A stretch of DNA of 64,000 nucleotides from Cyanophora paradoxa CCMP329 (GCA_004431415.1 QPMI01000043.1:124001-188000); one strand, 5' to 3'. Positions 32,201-42,900 are shown, counted from the stretch's first letter. The notes: generated by a model from the letters alone, not told the origin. Numbers and translations: made by a program.

Positions 32201-35200
32201 TTAATTTTTTTGGAACAAGACACGACTGGGGTGAGTTTGCAGAACTCATTGTTTTCAATAGAGTTTTGACAGAAGGCGAGAAACAACAGGTGAGATATTA
32301 CATTCAACAGACATATGGATTTCCAATAACTCAGCCGCTTTACTATCCTGATAATCTACGAATTTCGGCTGAATATGTTCATATAAAAAATTTAATCGTC
32401 TCTTCAAATGCTGTGATTCCAAACTATACAACATCAAATGTGGTTCAAGGTTGGATACAAAACCACACACACACCAAAGATCAGATCACAGATTTTGACC
32501 ATAAACATGTTAAAGCAGACATAACAGATTTTGACCATACTCACACAAAATCGCAAATCACAGATTTTGCACACAAACATGTCAAAGCAGATATTACAGA
32601 TTTTGACCATACTCACACAAAAGCGCAAATCACAGATTTTGCACACAAACATGTCAAAGCAGATATTACAGATTTTGACCATACTCACACAAAAGCGCAA
32701 ATCACAGATTTTGCACACAAACATGTCAAAGCAGATATTACAGATTTTGACCATACTCACACAAAAGCGCAAATAACAGATTTCACACATAGGCACAATT
32801 GGGACGAAATAGATCAACAGCCAGTTTTTGCACAATTGAATGCAATCGGAAACGTTTTTAATGGAGTCACACTTTACCAATCAAGTAATACACCTGAAAG
32901 ATTGTATTTGAATGATCATTATGTTAGTCTCAATGGGACTTTTACAGGTCAAACAGGAACCCCAATGGTGGGAACTCTTGCAGTAAGATTACCCAGGGAT
33001 CCAATTGTTAATGGAGTTTATGATGGCGATTTTAATGTGGGAGTTAATGATACTTTCCCCAGTATCTATGTTACAAATTATCACCCAGGTGAAACAGGAC
33101 AAGTAGCCAATTTTTCAGCAGCTATTCAAATAAACGTTACAGATCAAAGCGCATATGATGGAGCAAGACCTAAAATTGTGTTCACAAGGGAGAAAGTTGT
33201 AAACTACCTTCCTGTTGCGGGACAACCCACAGATGATCATGGAAAATGCGAGATTGCTTGGATTAAAACGACATCAGGTGGAGCCTTAGAAGTCAATCAG
33301 AGGATGGCAGCAAAGAACTTACACAATACCACCCTTTCAGGAGTGGTCACAGATGATTACCTTACCAATAAAGGTTATCTTACTTCTGCAGATTTAAGCA
33401 GTTATGCAACAGATGCAGAGTTAACAACAGCTCTTGCAAACTATTTGCCTCTTACAGGTGGGACTGTCAATGGAACTGTGAATGCTACCACTCTACAAAT
33501 TGGTGGAACCACAATTCCAAAAGGTTATGATTTTGATCAGTTAGATGTAGTATCAACAGATAGAAGCGCAAATAATTGGACAGTCAATTGGACAGGACAA
33601 AGAACAGGACAAACAGGATGTTACACAAACCCACTAAATGATGAAGATTGCAGTGGTTGTTGGATGAGATGGCTCATTCCCACAGGTATGAAATCATTTT
33701 ATATCCAGCACATGCCTTGGTATAATTGCAGATATTTCGATATCTATGGGCAAACAACTAATGGATATCAACATTTCTTAAAGCGAGTAAATGCCTATCA
33801 GGGTATACAACAGGTGAATCAGGATGGAACACACAATACAATCTTGTTTGTCTCTATCAATTGCGAATTCTACAAATATATTTATGTCCAAGGTCGAAAA
33901 GGTAGAATCCATCTTACAGGTGTTTTTGGGTGGAGCAGACAGAGAGCAACAGATAATGAATTGGGCATGATCTCTTGGGATAATATTTTTAGTAAACCTG
34001 ATTTTGCAGGCACTTATGCAACAAAGGCAGAAGTCCCTAACGTTTTAGGTGATCTTTTGACAGTGAACTCTGTGGACTGGCACAAATCAACAGATAATAT
34101 TCCAAGGTTTTGGTTTGGTAGTGGTAATACTACATATATTCGAGGATATGGGAATAGTGAAGGTGTGTCAATTGAATTTAGAAATTCAGGAGATACAGCC
34201 ATTTTGAAGTCTTATGACAATGGTAACCTTTGGGTCAATAATACCCTCACAGCATCTACCATTAATGCTACTACGAATCTCCAGATAAATGGGAATGCTG
34301 TTCCAAAGCTACACTCCAACGATGGATATGTTGCAGGGAGTTCTCCACACAATTATTCTGGAAGTTGGACATTTGGGTATGGCTCAGCTTGGGAACCCTA
34401 TTTTAATTATGGTGGGCATGCATACAATAGTGAAGTGGATGACCAAACTTCTTCTGCTTGGATTGAATACAATATTCCCGATGGATTACACACAGGAACA
34501 GCATTTTTAACTCATTTACCTTGGGGCAACACACGAATTTTCGAGATTTGGGGAATAAATCGACAAGGCAATGCGATTTTCATTACAACTGTCAACAATT
34601 ATCACCCTTATGCAGGGTCTGCAAATGATAACCATAGTGGTGTGAATAATGTCCCCATTTTCCTAGGAAACCGATTTGTAAGGATTCGAATTCAAGCAAG
34701 AATTGGAAGGGTTCACATTATGGGTATTAGTTTCATGAAAATATGGGTTGGGCATAGCTATGGTGGTCACACTGGTTATATTCATTGGAATAATGTGTAT
34801 AGTAAGCCGAATATACCTACATCCTATCTATCATTAACAGATGTAACCAATTCGATTGGAAACATTACAGGATTTGATACTTGGAGTGGAACAGGTTCCT
34901 ATGGTCTATCATTTAGTGGTGGTTGGACAACAGGTTGGACACCAACCTACACAAATCCAGTCGATGGATTTTATAGTAACATTTCAGGCGATGAAACAGA
35001 TGGTGGTTGGGCGCAAATTGAAGTCCCTGGCAATATGAAAACATGTCATGTTCAGTATATGTGTTGGACAAATTGCAGATATTTCGATATTGGAGGCTAT
35101 CGAAATGGGAGGTGGCATCACATTATGAGGGTGAATTGCTACCAAGCTGTTTCAAATAATTACGATTCAGATTGGCATGATGGCTTAACATGGACGTCTT

Positions 35201-35865
35201 TCCATTGTGATACATTCTCCCATGTAAGATTTGTTGCAAGGAAAGGGAGATGTCACATTGGTATGATTGGATGGACAAAAGAAAAAGGAAGAACAGCCCC
35301 AGCAAATGGTTTTATAAGTTGGGATAATGTATATAGTAAAGATGCTCGCACAACTTGGGCAACCGGAACTTGGATAACATCAGATGAAGGTAATGGGAGA
35401 GTTTATTTCGGTTCATCATCAACTACATACATTAAAGGTTATGGTTACGAAATGATCCATTTTAGAGCAGGAAATGATATAACAATGCAAGCTTTTTATA
35501 ATAATGGTGACGTTTACTTTTGGGGATGGCTTACACAAGGAAGTGATAGAAGATACAAAACCGACATTAAAAATATAACCGGCGCCCTTTCAGCAATTGA
35601 GAAATTACAGGGTGTGAGTTACAAAAAGATTGGTGATGGAAAACAGAAAGTAAACTTAGGTTTGATTGCGCAAGATGTCGAAAAAGTCATACCAGAAGTA
35701 GTAGGTAAAAATCACGAAAATTATTTGACCCTTGCATACACAGGTTTAATTCCGGTTCTCATTGAAGCAGTGAAGGAGTTATCCCAAAAATGCAAAGATT
35801 TAACACAAACCTGTGAGAATCTCCAAAGTCAAATAGACCAAATTAAAAATATCACAGTATTATAA
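29299..35865 (+). CDS. Large modular fibre/receptor-binding protein (2188 aa) with C-terminal peptidase S74 intramolecular chaperone
   Basis: SDRRYKTDI..LGLIAQDVE.VIPEVV..Y..LIPVLIEAVKEL; HxH and HxWDEI phage-tail repeats; LamG-like ELIVFNRVLT..E. Confidence 0.88.
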   Translation: MSFNYPPNLETIQDDNASSTKHVNFDNIKVKGSVSIDHSSDNSSKTQSREHALSVNQTDPDKEEVSVAFSLGNVKANQVAEIKATRRRPRKLKTSGTHPDIPSRFDSGRLIFNVQDEQGKQNTGLRIYNEGSTAKAEVPQVLQVGPIANTNQVSYTNDVYPKDITYDFARNEPFGFFTPKDVHQKKPSITINSSPSQPVAIHLHPDLVEMDRHLLPLYSNVKDLGIRTRQWRNIHGSNVYANGEKLVSEKTIREIFEYYGPVPVPFPLPWDPPDLTPKKQPGREYTADETVAFGQHIVSWEQVRNKPIIEPRKQIDEQYLPPEVDILELDEYQFVPDEEEYLPDGFDPQEYEYDQFDPNEEEILPDGLDPQEFEYEQNYEPDEEYLPDGHDPPAVDYEQPYEPHEELLPDGFRPEIWEFFPDYEQINNKPAKYPPEDHNHDWDEILGKPQKYPPEDHRHDWGDIDGIPDKFAASNHEHTWDEINDQPEFAKVEPLATLGVSLYQTCNVPERIFLNHHYVHVNGTLANSAMRGPLHIRTLPGSYNPPPEPGATIPNIFVSSYMEADIPTDTFRVPTDPATYQNYNSAIQVHVADVSSLDGSRPMIVFSRDKYSYIPIVGTANDNYGRAELAWIKTDYGGVLEANQRMAAKNIHNESISRVVTEDYLTAVVLVNIVTLAMLANYVTKNELAAELSKYLPLVGGTITGDLTVNSNIYSSNIETSNLKVNGNLTVTSNIFIGDRNTKVDVFYNTPYYPVTSNTDPAFTIPNCVMAAKPSGYADLENAYAKPIGNRSTLAIPFIPNLYALTGSSPNTSYFKISPLLNNQITLNSGSGSVGLTTNRTDTVDWSNGLTFFYVGNVRSDSYTNGVFYVADEGVFEVNYGTFIDWTVSPPVCKWGMNRYINTAAGINMQYGTPTYNDLPHVHMPYEEYANYKHAYWDTTVTSESISYSMNGKHLGTVAGNWLPPSTFNFFGTRHDWGEFAELIVFNRVLTEGEKQQVRYYIQQTYGFPITQPLYYPDNLRISAEYVHIKNLIVSSNAVIPNYTTSNVVQGWIQNHTHTKDQITDFDHKHVKADITDFDHTHTKSQITDFAHKHVKADITDFDHTHTKAQITDFAHKHVKADITDFDHTHTKAQITDFAHKHVKADITDFDHTHTKAQITDFTHRHNWDEIDQQPVFAQLNAIGNVFNGVTLYQSSNTPERLYLNDHYVSLNGTFTGQTGTPMVGTLAVRLPRDPIVNGVYDGDFNVGVNDTFPSIYVTNYHPGETGQVANFSAAIQINVTDQSAYDGARPKIVFTREKVVNYLPVAGQPTDDHGKCEIAWIKTTSGGALEVNQRMAAKNLHNTTLSGVVTDDYLTNKGYLTSADLSSYATDAELTTALANYLPLTGGTVNGTVNATTLQIGGTTIPKGYDFDQLDVVSTDRSANNWTVNWTGQRTGQTGCYTNPLNDEDCSGCWMRWLIPTGMKSFYIQHMPWYNCRYFDIYGQTTNGYQHFLKRVNAYQGIQQVNQDGTHNTILFVSINCEFYKYIYVQGRKGRIHLTGVFGWSRQRATDNELGMISWDNIFSKPDFAGTYATKAEVPNVLGDLLTVNSVDWHKSTDNIPRFWFGSGNTTYIRGYGNSEGVSIEFRNSGDTAILKSYDNGNLWVNNTLTASTINATTNLQINGNAVPKLHSNDGYVAGSSPHNYSGSWTFGYGSAWEPYFNYGGHAYNSEVDDQTSSAWIEYNIPDGLHTGTAFLTHLPWGNTRIFEIWGINRQGNAIFITTVNNYHPYAGSANDNHSGVNNVPIFLGNRFVRIRIQARIGRVHIMGISFMKIWVGHSYGGHTGYIHWNNVYSKPNIPTSYLSLTDVTNSIGNITGFDTWSGTGSYGLSFSGGWTTGWTPTYTNPVDGFYSNISGDETDGGWAQIEVPGNMKTCHVQYMCWTNCRYFDIGGYRNGRWHHIMRVNCYQAVSNNYDSDWHDGLTWTSFHCDTFSHVRFVARKGRCHIGMIGWTKEKGRTAPANGFISWDNVYSKDARTTWATGTWITSDEGNGRVYFGSSSTTYIKGYGYEMIHFRAGNDITMQAFYNNGDVYFWGWLTQGSDRRYKTDIKNITGALSAIEKLQGVSYKKIGDGKQKVNLGLIAQDVEKVIPEVVGKNHENYLTLAYTGLIPVLIEAVKELSQKCKDLTQTCENLQSQIDQIKNITVL
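32464..32800 (+). repeat. 72-bp coding tandem repeat (alternating HTHTKAQITDF/HKHVKADITDF)
   Basis: gattttgaccatactcacacaaaa at 32527, 32599, 32671, 32743. Confidence 0.92.
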
Positions 35866-36171
35866 ATGGCGACCTATCCTCTTGGTGGAACCACCTATTC
35901 TACTGAGCCTGTTGCACTTTCTTTTGATACAATCACCCTTGTAAACGCATTACAAACAGTTGAAAAAACGATTCAGCAAACTAACAAGCTCTCACCAGTT
36001 GTAAATGAGTATAAAAACCTCTTGGTTAATGTCCTTGCTCAAGCTGCATATGGTGACCCTGTTGCTAAATACAATGAGTGTGATAACAACATTAAAGCAA
36101 TGACGTCCAACCTGCAAGTTCTTTCAACTGTTTACCAATCCCTTGGATCGAATTTAATCACTTTGGCTTGA
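35866..36171 (+). CDS. Hypothetical helical protein, 101 aa
   Basis: ATG directly abuts the fibre stop codon (TAAATG). Confidence 0.7.
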   Translation: MATYPLGGTTYSTEPVALSFDTITLVNALQTVEKTIQQTNKLSPVVNEYKNLLVNVLAQAAYGDPVAKYNECDNNIKAMTSNLQVLSTVYQSLGSNLITLA

Positions 36172-36210
36172 TTGCAGTTTATTTTTCTTTCCTTTTTAGT
36201 AAAAGAAGCA

Positions 36211-37065
36211 ATGGGTGAATATAATCGAGTTCAACTTCCAATATATTCCCTTGGATCCCCTGCAATGCACTTTCGCCAGCATGAAGTTAATGATGAGGTT
36301 CGTGGTTTAGAATCCACAGAGAGACCCAATTCCAATGGTAACTCCTTTGATAAGAATTCGATTATTCGAGTTAAAGAGCTGAGAGCTGATAAGAACTCAG
36401 GTGTGGTGAAAACAACTCGACTTCTTGTCACAAATGCTAACTTTTTCCAACCTACTAATGGAGGTCCTGATGCTTACAGTGTTGATCTGAAAGCCCTTGA
36501 TTTCGATAAGAATTCTGCAGCTGTTACTGTGAGATCAGGAGGAGCTTTTATTGGTGGAGGCTGCAGAGTTTCAGGTCAGCTATCTTCATCTGTTTCCTAC
36601 AATGATGTCCCAGATACTCTAGAGCAAAATGCTGAGAACCCACAACGAATTCGTTTCTACACACCTGTTGCACAGCAACCTTTTTTGCATTTCTATGTTG
36701 CATCCTCTGTAACTCTTGAGAATTCGGAATTAGTTTCCATTACAGGAACTGATCGAGTAAGAAGAAATATTCCTCTTCCCACTTCAATGCTTTCCATGTG
36801 TAGAGCCAATAATAATCAACCAGGTCACAACTACTTATTCTTTGTTCAAGCTTCGAACCATTTTGGCAGAGGATATTGTGTTTATAACAATTTGACATTT
36901 ACCTATGATCTGTTTGTCACTGAGGTTGGAGTATACAATACTATGATTATGGGACTGAGAACAGATATAGCAGCTGTATCAGCACTTCGTGGTGTAAATG
37001 TTGCTGATATATTCACAACAGGATTTTACATGGAACCAGATGTGATTGATGACCCAACCCCATAA
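36211..37065 (+). CDS. Hypothetical virion/fibre-like protein, paralogue A
   Basis: Shares ELR.DKN.G.VKTT.LLVTNANF and SGGA.IG.G.RV.G with the next ORF. Confidence 0.75.
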   Translation: MGEYNRVQLPIYSLGSPAMHFRQHEVNDEVRGLESTERPNSNGNSFDKNSIIRVKELRADKNSGVVKTTRLLVTNANFFQPTNGGPDAYSVDLKALDFDKNSAAVTVRSGGAFIGGGCRVSGQLSSSVSYNDVPDTLEQNAENPQRIRFYTPVAQQPFLHFYVASSVTLENSELVSITGTDRVRRNIPLPTSMLSMCRANNNQPGHNYLFFVQASNHFGRGYCVYNNLTFTYDLFVTEVGVYNTMIMGLRTDIAAVSALRGVNVADIFTTGFYMEPDVIDDPTP

Positions 37066-37088
37066 AAGATATATCCCTTTAATGTAAA

Positions 37089-37922
37089 ATGGCTGAGCAA
37101 CCCCCACTTGAACGAATTATCACCCCACAACTATCATTAGCAGCCCCAGCAAACCATGTTCTGCAACATGCTACCTTTGATGATGTGGAAGGTCTCCAAT
37201 CCACAGAGGTCCAACCTACAATGAACACCTTTGGTTCCACCCATAAACTGAGATTACAGGAACTCAGATGTGATAAAAATAATGGAATAGTTAAGACAAC
37301 TAAGCTACTTGTCACAAATGCAAACTTTTCTGCTCATTATGGAGACCCAGATAGCTATGGAGATCCTCTTTCTACTTATTCTTTTGAATCTAGGTCGGGA
37401 GCTATTAACTGCAAATCGGGGGGAGCTTATATTGGTGATGGTCTTAGGGTTGGTGGGGCTGTTGGAGCGCCTCTATTTGTGAATGATCAACCCAATCCCA
37501 TTGATCCCAACACAAGAATTCGAACCTATGTCCCCAGCATGAATGCCCCCTATATAATCAAGATATTCCCCATTGTTGTGAATGAACAAACAGCAGTTGT
37601 TGACTCTCTTGTTGAGATTGGTGACCACTATAAGGTTGTTGTTGATATCCCACCAGATGTTTATGCTGTATGCCAAGTTGAAGGTGGAACTCCTAATTTT
37701 GCTGTTGTGATCACCCCATATGATAATTTTGGTATTGCTTATCATGGAGTCAATTTCGGTTTGGAAGATTATCAGTTCTTAGTGAGAGCCACCAAGTTTG
37801 GTATCTACAAATGTGTATTATATGCAGAGAGAACCGATTTTATTGCAAAGCAGAATACCTATGCTGAGTACTATGGGACAAATCGATATTTCCCCATTTT
37901 TGGGCAGGATACTGCTCCATAA
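37089..37922 (+). CDS. Hypothetical virion/fibre-like protein, paralogue B
   Basis: Tandem paralogue of 36211-37065. Confidence 0.75.
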   Translation: MAEQPPLERIITPQLSLAAPANHVLQHATFDDVEGLQSTEVQPTMNTFGSTHKLRLQELRCDKNNGIVKTTKLLVTNANFSAHYGDPDSYGDPLSTYSFESRSGAINCKSGGAYIGDGLRVGGAVGAPLFVNDQPNPIDPNTRIRTYVPSMNAPYIIKIFPIVVNEQTAVVDSLVEIGDHYKVVVDIPPDVYAVCQVEGGTPNFAVVITPYDNFGIAYHGVNFGLEDYQFLVRATKFGIYKCVLYAERTDFIAKQNTYAEYYGTNRYFPIFGQDTAP

Positions 37923-37944
37923 GAATGTTGATTATATATAGAGT

Positions 37945-38217
37945 ATGGATAGTAAAACAAAAAAGTTTATTGATGCTGCTATGACAGTTCATGGTAAAGA
38001 TAAATTCGATTACAGTGAGACACATTACATCAAAGCTCAAGAGAAAGTATCTGTGAGATGTTTGCAGTGTAATAAGGTGATCCTTACCTATCCCTTTAAT
38101 CATGTGAAGGGATCAGGTTGCAGGGACTGTAACAAAAGAAAGAGTCAAGCACACAGGAAAAGAGCTACTTCATCAATCAGAGTAGAGTATAGGGATATTT
38201 GCATTAGGTTTGACTAG
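37945..38217 (+). CDS. Small protein with a single DUF723-like Zn-ribbon repeat
   Basis: FIDAAMTVHGKDKFDYSETHY..V..RCLQC...P.NH.KGSGCRDC, same repeat as in 23265-24206. Confidence 0.7.
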   Translation: MDSKTKKFIDAAMTVHGKDKFDYSETHYIKAQEKVSVRCLQCNKVILTYPFNHVKGSGCRDCNKRKSQAHRKRATSSIRVEYRDICIRFD

Positions 38218-38240
38218 TTAATTTTTCTAAGGTATTCTTA

Positions 38241-38639
38241 ATGGAGACTAAATACAGAGGCTTTCATGTTATGCTTGATTACAAGGCTAAATCAGCTATA
38301 GCAACAGGTCATGAGCATGTTAGCTTCCTAGGTAATTGAATTATGGGAACCCTTGAACAAGCAGTATTGAGACAAGGTATTAGGATTGTTCATAAGCATT
38401 GTGAGATATTTGATGGCAAACTATCACCTCCTGGTTTTGCTTTGGTTCTGCTATTAGATGAAAGCCATTGTACAGCTCATTGTTATTCCAATGAAGGCAT
38501 GTTAGCAATTGATATATTCAGTTGTGGTAAAGAAGCTCAGCATAAAACACAATCAGTAGCAGATGAGATCGATAAAACAATGAATTTCTTAACATTTGAG
38601 AAGACTGAGAGACATAAACATGATAGATTCCCGTTTTGA
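38241..38639 (+). pseudogene. speD: Prokaryotic-type S-adenosylmethionine decarboxylase (SpeD/AdoMetDC) homologue with an in-frame TGA at codon 33
   Basis: G.HVMLD N-terminal motif; PPGFALVLLLDESHCTAHCY..GMLAIDIFSCG with the ESH self-cleavage motif; TGA at 38337-38339, same frame on both sides. Confidence 0.8.
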
Positions 38640-38872
38640 TGGGTTTCTATAATGATAAACAGGGTAATTTACCTTTTTTATTACAATGGCAATCGTTAAA
38701 AAAGGATATAATATATCCTTTCCTACAATAGCTTTCTACAATGATTTTCTTTCTACAGTAGCTTTTGTTACAATAGAATTCTACTGTATGATGTAGCCGA
38801 AATATGAATGCACCCTACATTAAGCAATGTCAAGTATTTCGAATACTATTCGATTTCCTTACAATAACACTC

Positions 38873-39981
38873 AGCATCTCCCCAAGATTCCCCCTATTAT
38901 TAAAGTGGACTCAAGGTTGACTCATATTAATCGATAGTATATGGATTTTGTTACGAATTCAATGCAAGGGTTGACTAAGTGGGTTGAGTTGACTCAAATT
39001 TCACAGGAAATAACAATGAATCAGAGTATAAAATGCATTATTTGAATCAACTACACCAACTAACACTGAGAAAGTAGGTTATAACATATAGTATTACCAT
39101 ATATGGTTTGTCAGGCACTATAATATAGTTGTCAGGCACTAATATAGTATGTCAGGCATTGTCAGGCACCTTTTTAGAAAACTTTTATAAAATTGAAATT
39201 TCATTGTTAATCCAAACAATGACTTAGCCAAAATAAAATACTTTATGAAAATCGATAGATTTAATGCCTGACAAATAAATGCTGCCTGAAAGATTTAACA
39301 CCAACTAACACTGAGATTTTCACAATATATGAGGTCCTTACTGAATATGGTTTGTGTGACAGGTGTGACAGGTTTATCCCGTGGATTTTAAAAATCAATT
39401 TCTCACTAGGACTTTCCTTGGGATTGACCTGTCACACCTGTCACACCTGTCACACCCAAAATCCTAAGGGTCCCCCCTTAGACTCAACAAAACAATGATA
39501 AAATCATATAAGTTTCATGTATAATTACGATTGAATTCAATAAGAGATCGATTTGTTAATATAAACAAATGAATCATTTATGGATCTTAATCGAGTTTAG
39601 CGATATATTTCCGATTAAATGAATTAAATTTAATTAAATTTAATCGAGAAAGTACATGAATATAATATCGATTAAATCAATTAACAAACAGACCAATCAC
39701 ACATAGTAAAATGCGGAGTTTTAACCAGAGGCAAGATCTAATTGAGATTCAGTTATATTATTCGGAAATATATACAGATTATCGATAGACTCAGTAAGAC
39801 TAATCGGAAAATAAGAGAAATTTACGATAAAATATCGAAAAGAATACAAAATAAACGAAATAAATGAATATTCGATAAGATATACACAGATTATCGATTG
39901 ATTGAAATAGAATATACGAGATATATCAACAAAATCAATTAAGATAAGCCGAGGGTTAAAACTCCGCATTTTACTATGTGT
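38873..39981 (-). repeat. Right terminal inverted repeat, element 1
   Basis: Reverse complement of 11067-12175. Confidence 0.96.
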
Positions 39982-42900
39982 CATACATACTGTATCGATG
40001 CGCGCGCGCGCCGCCGCGTGGGCGCACGGAAAGGTCGATGGGAGAGTGCAGAATCACATTTTGCTGCAGTTTACTTTCTCGCGCTGCGCCGGCGCTCGAA
40101 GCCGGATTTCGGGGCGGCGCAGGCTTTGTTGAGTCTATGCGCATCACTACGCATTGCTCTCGTGCCTTGGCGGACAGGAATCGACTGGCCCATGCCTGTG
40201 GATCAAATTTTCGAGTGACGCGGATCGATTCCAAAATTTCGGGGTGACTGCGAGCTTGAATTCGAACTTCCCAGCGCTAGAATAGCGATCTCGAGCATGC
40301 GCTGTGCCGCTTTGCAGTGCTCGCTGCGGCGCGGCCGGCGCCGCGTTGCGTCGTGGGGCGGCTTGAAATTTTTCCAGGGTCCCACCTTCCTTCTCAGTCG
40401 TGGGTGTGAAGCGGTTCAAATACCCGCCTGAAAATTTCATTTTCGGTTGCGGTTTTAGCCTAGCGGTTAGGATACTCGGTTCCGGACCCGACGACCCGGG
40501 TTCGGGTCTGGGGGGGAGGATTCCTTCCTGAGTGCACGTACGCGACACGGACAGGGCACCGATTGGTCACCGATAGCCGCTAACAGGAGCGAGCGTGCGC
40601 TAGTGGTCGAGCCGGGTAGAAGATATATGCATATGATATATGAGAGGGGAAATAGGCGACACCGACCAATCACCGAGCGGGCACCGATAGGGCACGGTGC
40701 TGGGACGGAGGGGGGAAATTGTGGGGGGCGGTTGCCCAGTGGGTGCCGTCTCGAGGGAATCGGGCGGGCACCTGGGAAAAAATTATGGGGGGGGCCCAAT
40801 AACAATATATATAGGGGGGAAATGCGCATGCTATGATGCATATGCATATGCATGCGCAGCCGGGCCTGATATCGATCCGGATGATACTGGGAGTCTGGCC
40901 GGGACAAGCTCGAAGCTTATAATTAAAAGTTCTCAGAGTCTTGCAATTGCTAGCTAGCTCGGAGAGGAATTGCATGAGAGGATTCGGAGATCTAGAGGTG
41001 TCTAGATCGGGGAGATACGTATACGTATACAGGGCCAGCGCGCGATGGGCAAGGCGACCGGAAAACGCAAGGCGAAGACCGGGAAGCCGACTCATACACG
41101 GCGCGGGTTCGGCGGGCTTTTCATAAGCGCGACGGCCGCGGGGCCTGAGGAGCTCGAGCTCGGAGTTGCATCCGACGCTGACGCCGGCATCCACGCGGGC
41201 CCCGCACTCTTCGATGCAAATACGAGTGGTTCGAGCCATTTCTTGAAGATGCTTCCATGCGTAGCTTGGTTGGGCCTCCGTCAAATCTGTTTGCACGAAT
41301 CGCAGCTCTTGAACGTGAACGGGGAGCGCTAGCGGGGCCGTCATGCGCAGGCAACGGCGTCGCAGCGATGGCGCTATCAGAACAACAACTTGCATGCGCA
41401 TCAAAGCAACGTGCGCGCTCTTTTCCAGCGATATATATATACATGTATTTGCTTTAGATCTAAACAACTTGCACTTGCGGCCGCAGCGAAAGCCTTGGAA
41501 GCAGCGCGCAACACATGCAATTAAAATATTGCGCATGCGCACATCGATATTCCTGTGCGTGCAAAATTAAACGCGTTTTTGTTTGTCTACCTGTTCGAAT
41601 TCTGCAGGCGCAGCTCGCGATCAAGTTCTGCATGCTCTGCAAGATCTAGATTTACATCCAGATGTAGAACAGCGAACTCGATTGCAACCCGCCGCAAATT
41701 CATGCGAAGCAATTCAAGAAGCATCGCCATCAATTCAATCATCGTCGCCATCGACTCATGGGCATGCAGATTCCATCAGCTGCAGTGCGTCATTCTTTGC
41801 CCGCAGCTGCAGCCCCTTGGCCTATATATATATATAGCTATCGCTATAGCTGATCATGACCCAGCTGCGAATTCGTCAGATACAGGCCCAATTGCAAGTT
41901 GTGGTGCTGTGCACGTGCGCATGCCCGTCATACAAGAGCTGTCCGTGAATTCTGCTTCGTCATCTGCAATAGCGGGAATTGTTCGTGCCGCAATGCAGTG
42001 AGCTCGATCTAGCTCGATCTATGCCCGTAATATGCACAAAACCGTAACGCATGCGCAATCGTTTTCGAATCAGGACAATAAATTCCGGCATTGGAGCCGG
42101 TGCAGTTGGGGTTTCGCCACTCACCCAGGCATGCATTATGCTGCTTGCATTCATCGAAGTTCAGGGTCATGCAGCGGCCTTCGATTCTTTCCGGTTCGCA
42201 ATAAATGATTTATACGTTAATCTTCATCGCAAATTGTTGATCCGCTTTGCAAAAGCGCCTGCGCTAGTCTCTCCAGTGAAGACATCACTGGGCTACAACA
42301 AGCTCTCCAACAATGCCACACAACAGCGATGGGAAACGGTGACGCTTGGAATGCGCTCATCCCCCGAATTACGGCGAATTTGCGCCAAAGTCGGCTGGAA
42401 GCGGACCCGCAGTGGAAACAGTTTGCAGATGCACGTAAACAAGATTACTGTGGCGCCTGGGGGTCATCAATAGCATCAGTGCTCTCACAAGCCGAGAACG
42501 TTTCTAGTTCCGCAAAGTGCGTGCAGTGCCCCAGATTCTAGATCTGAGTTGTATTGCCATTCATTAATAGTTGCGCCAGCTTTATTTCCCTTGCTCTGGC
42601 AGATCCAATGGGTCTGCCATCTATGGTGCACGACAACTGGGGCTCGCGATCGTCCAGTGGAGAGTATTTCTCAATAGGTGCACTAGTTTTTTCTCAATAG
42701 TATTTCTAAGTAGTTTTAATGCATCAAGCTGATGAGCTCGAGCTGATAAGCCTTTGAAATTCGGCGCAGAAGACATCAGGAAACAAAGAGCCGACATCGA
42801 TGCAAAGCTCGGCAGGCTGGCGGACGGCTTTCAGTTCATCACACTTGCCAACAGTGGCAACACTTCCGACCAAGAATCTGTGATTGAAGAAATTGCCTGC

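Larger units (their letters stand above)
11067..39981. mobile_element. Complete endogenous Polinton-like/Maverick-like virus (element 1), 28.9 kb
   Basis: 1109-bp TIRs, 6-bp TSD CATACA (11061-11066 and 39982-39987), sharp GC drop, and rve-INT, pPolB, SF3 helicase, A32 ATPase, MCP and penton genes. Confidence 0.97.

Noticed and set aside
29299-35865. Prophage / bacterial contamination suggested by tail-fibre and SpeD genes
   Set aside because: No terminase, portal or HK97 capsid; genes lie inside TIR/TSD-bounded elements flanked by intron-containing eukaryotic DNA.
40540-40800. CACCGA repeats and G-rich motifs as a DNA-transposon end
   Set aside because: No partner terminus, TSD or transposase identifiable in the window.
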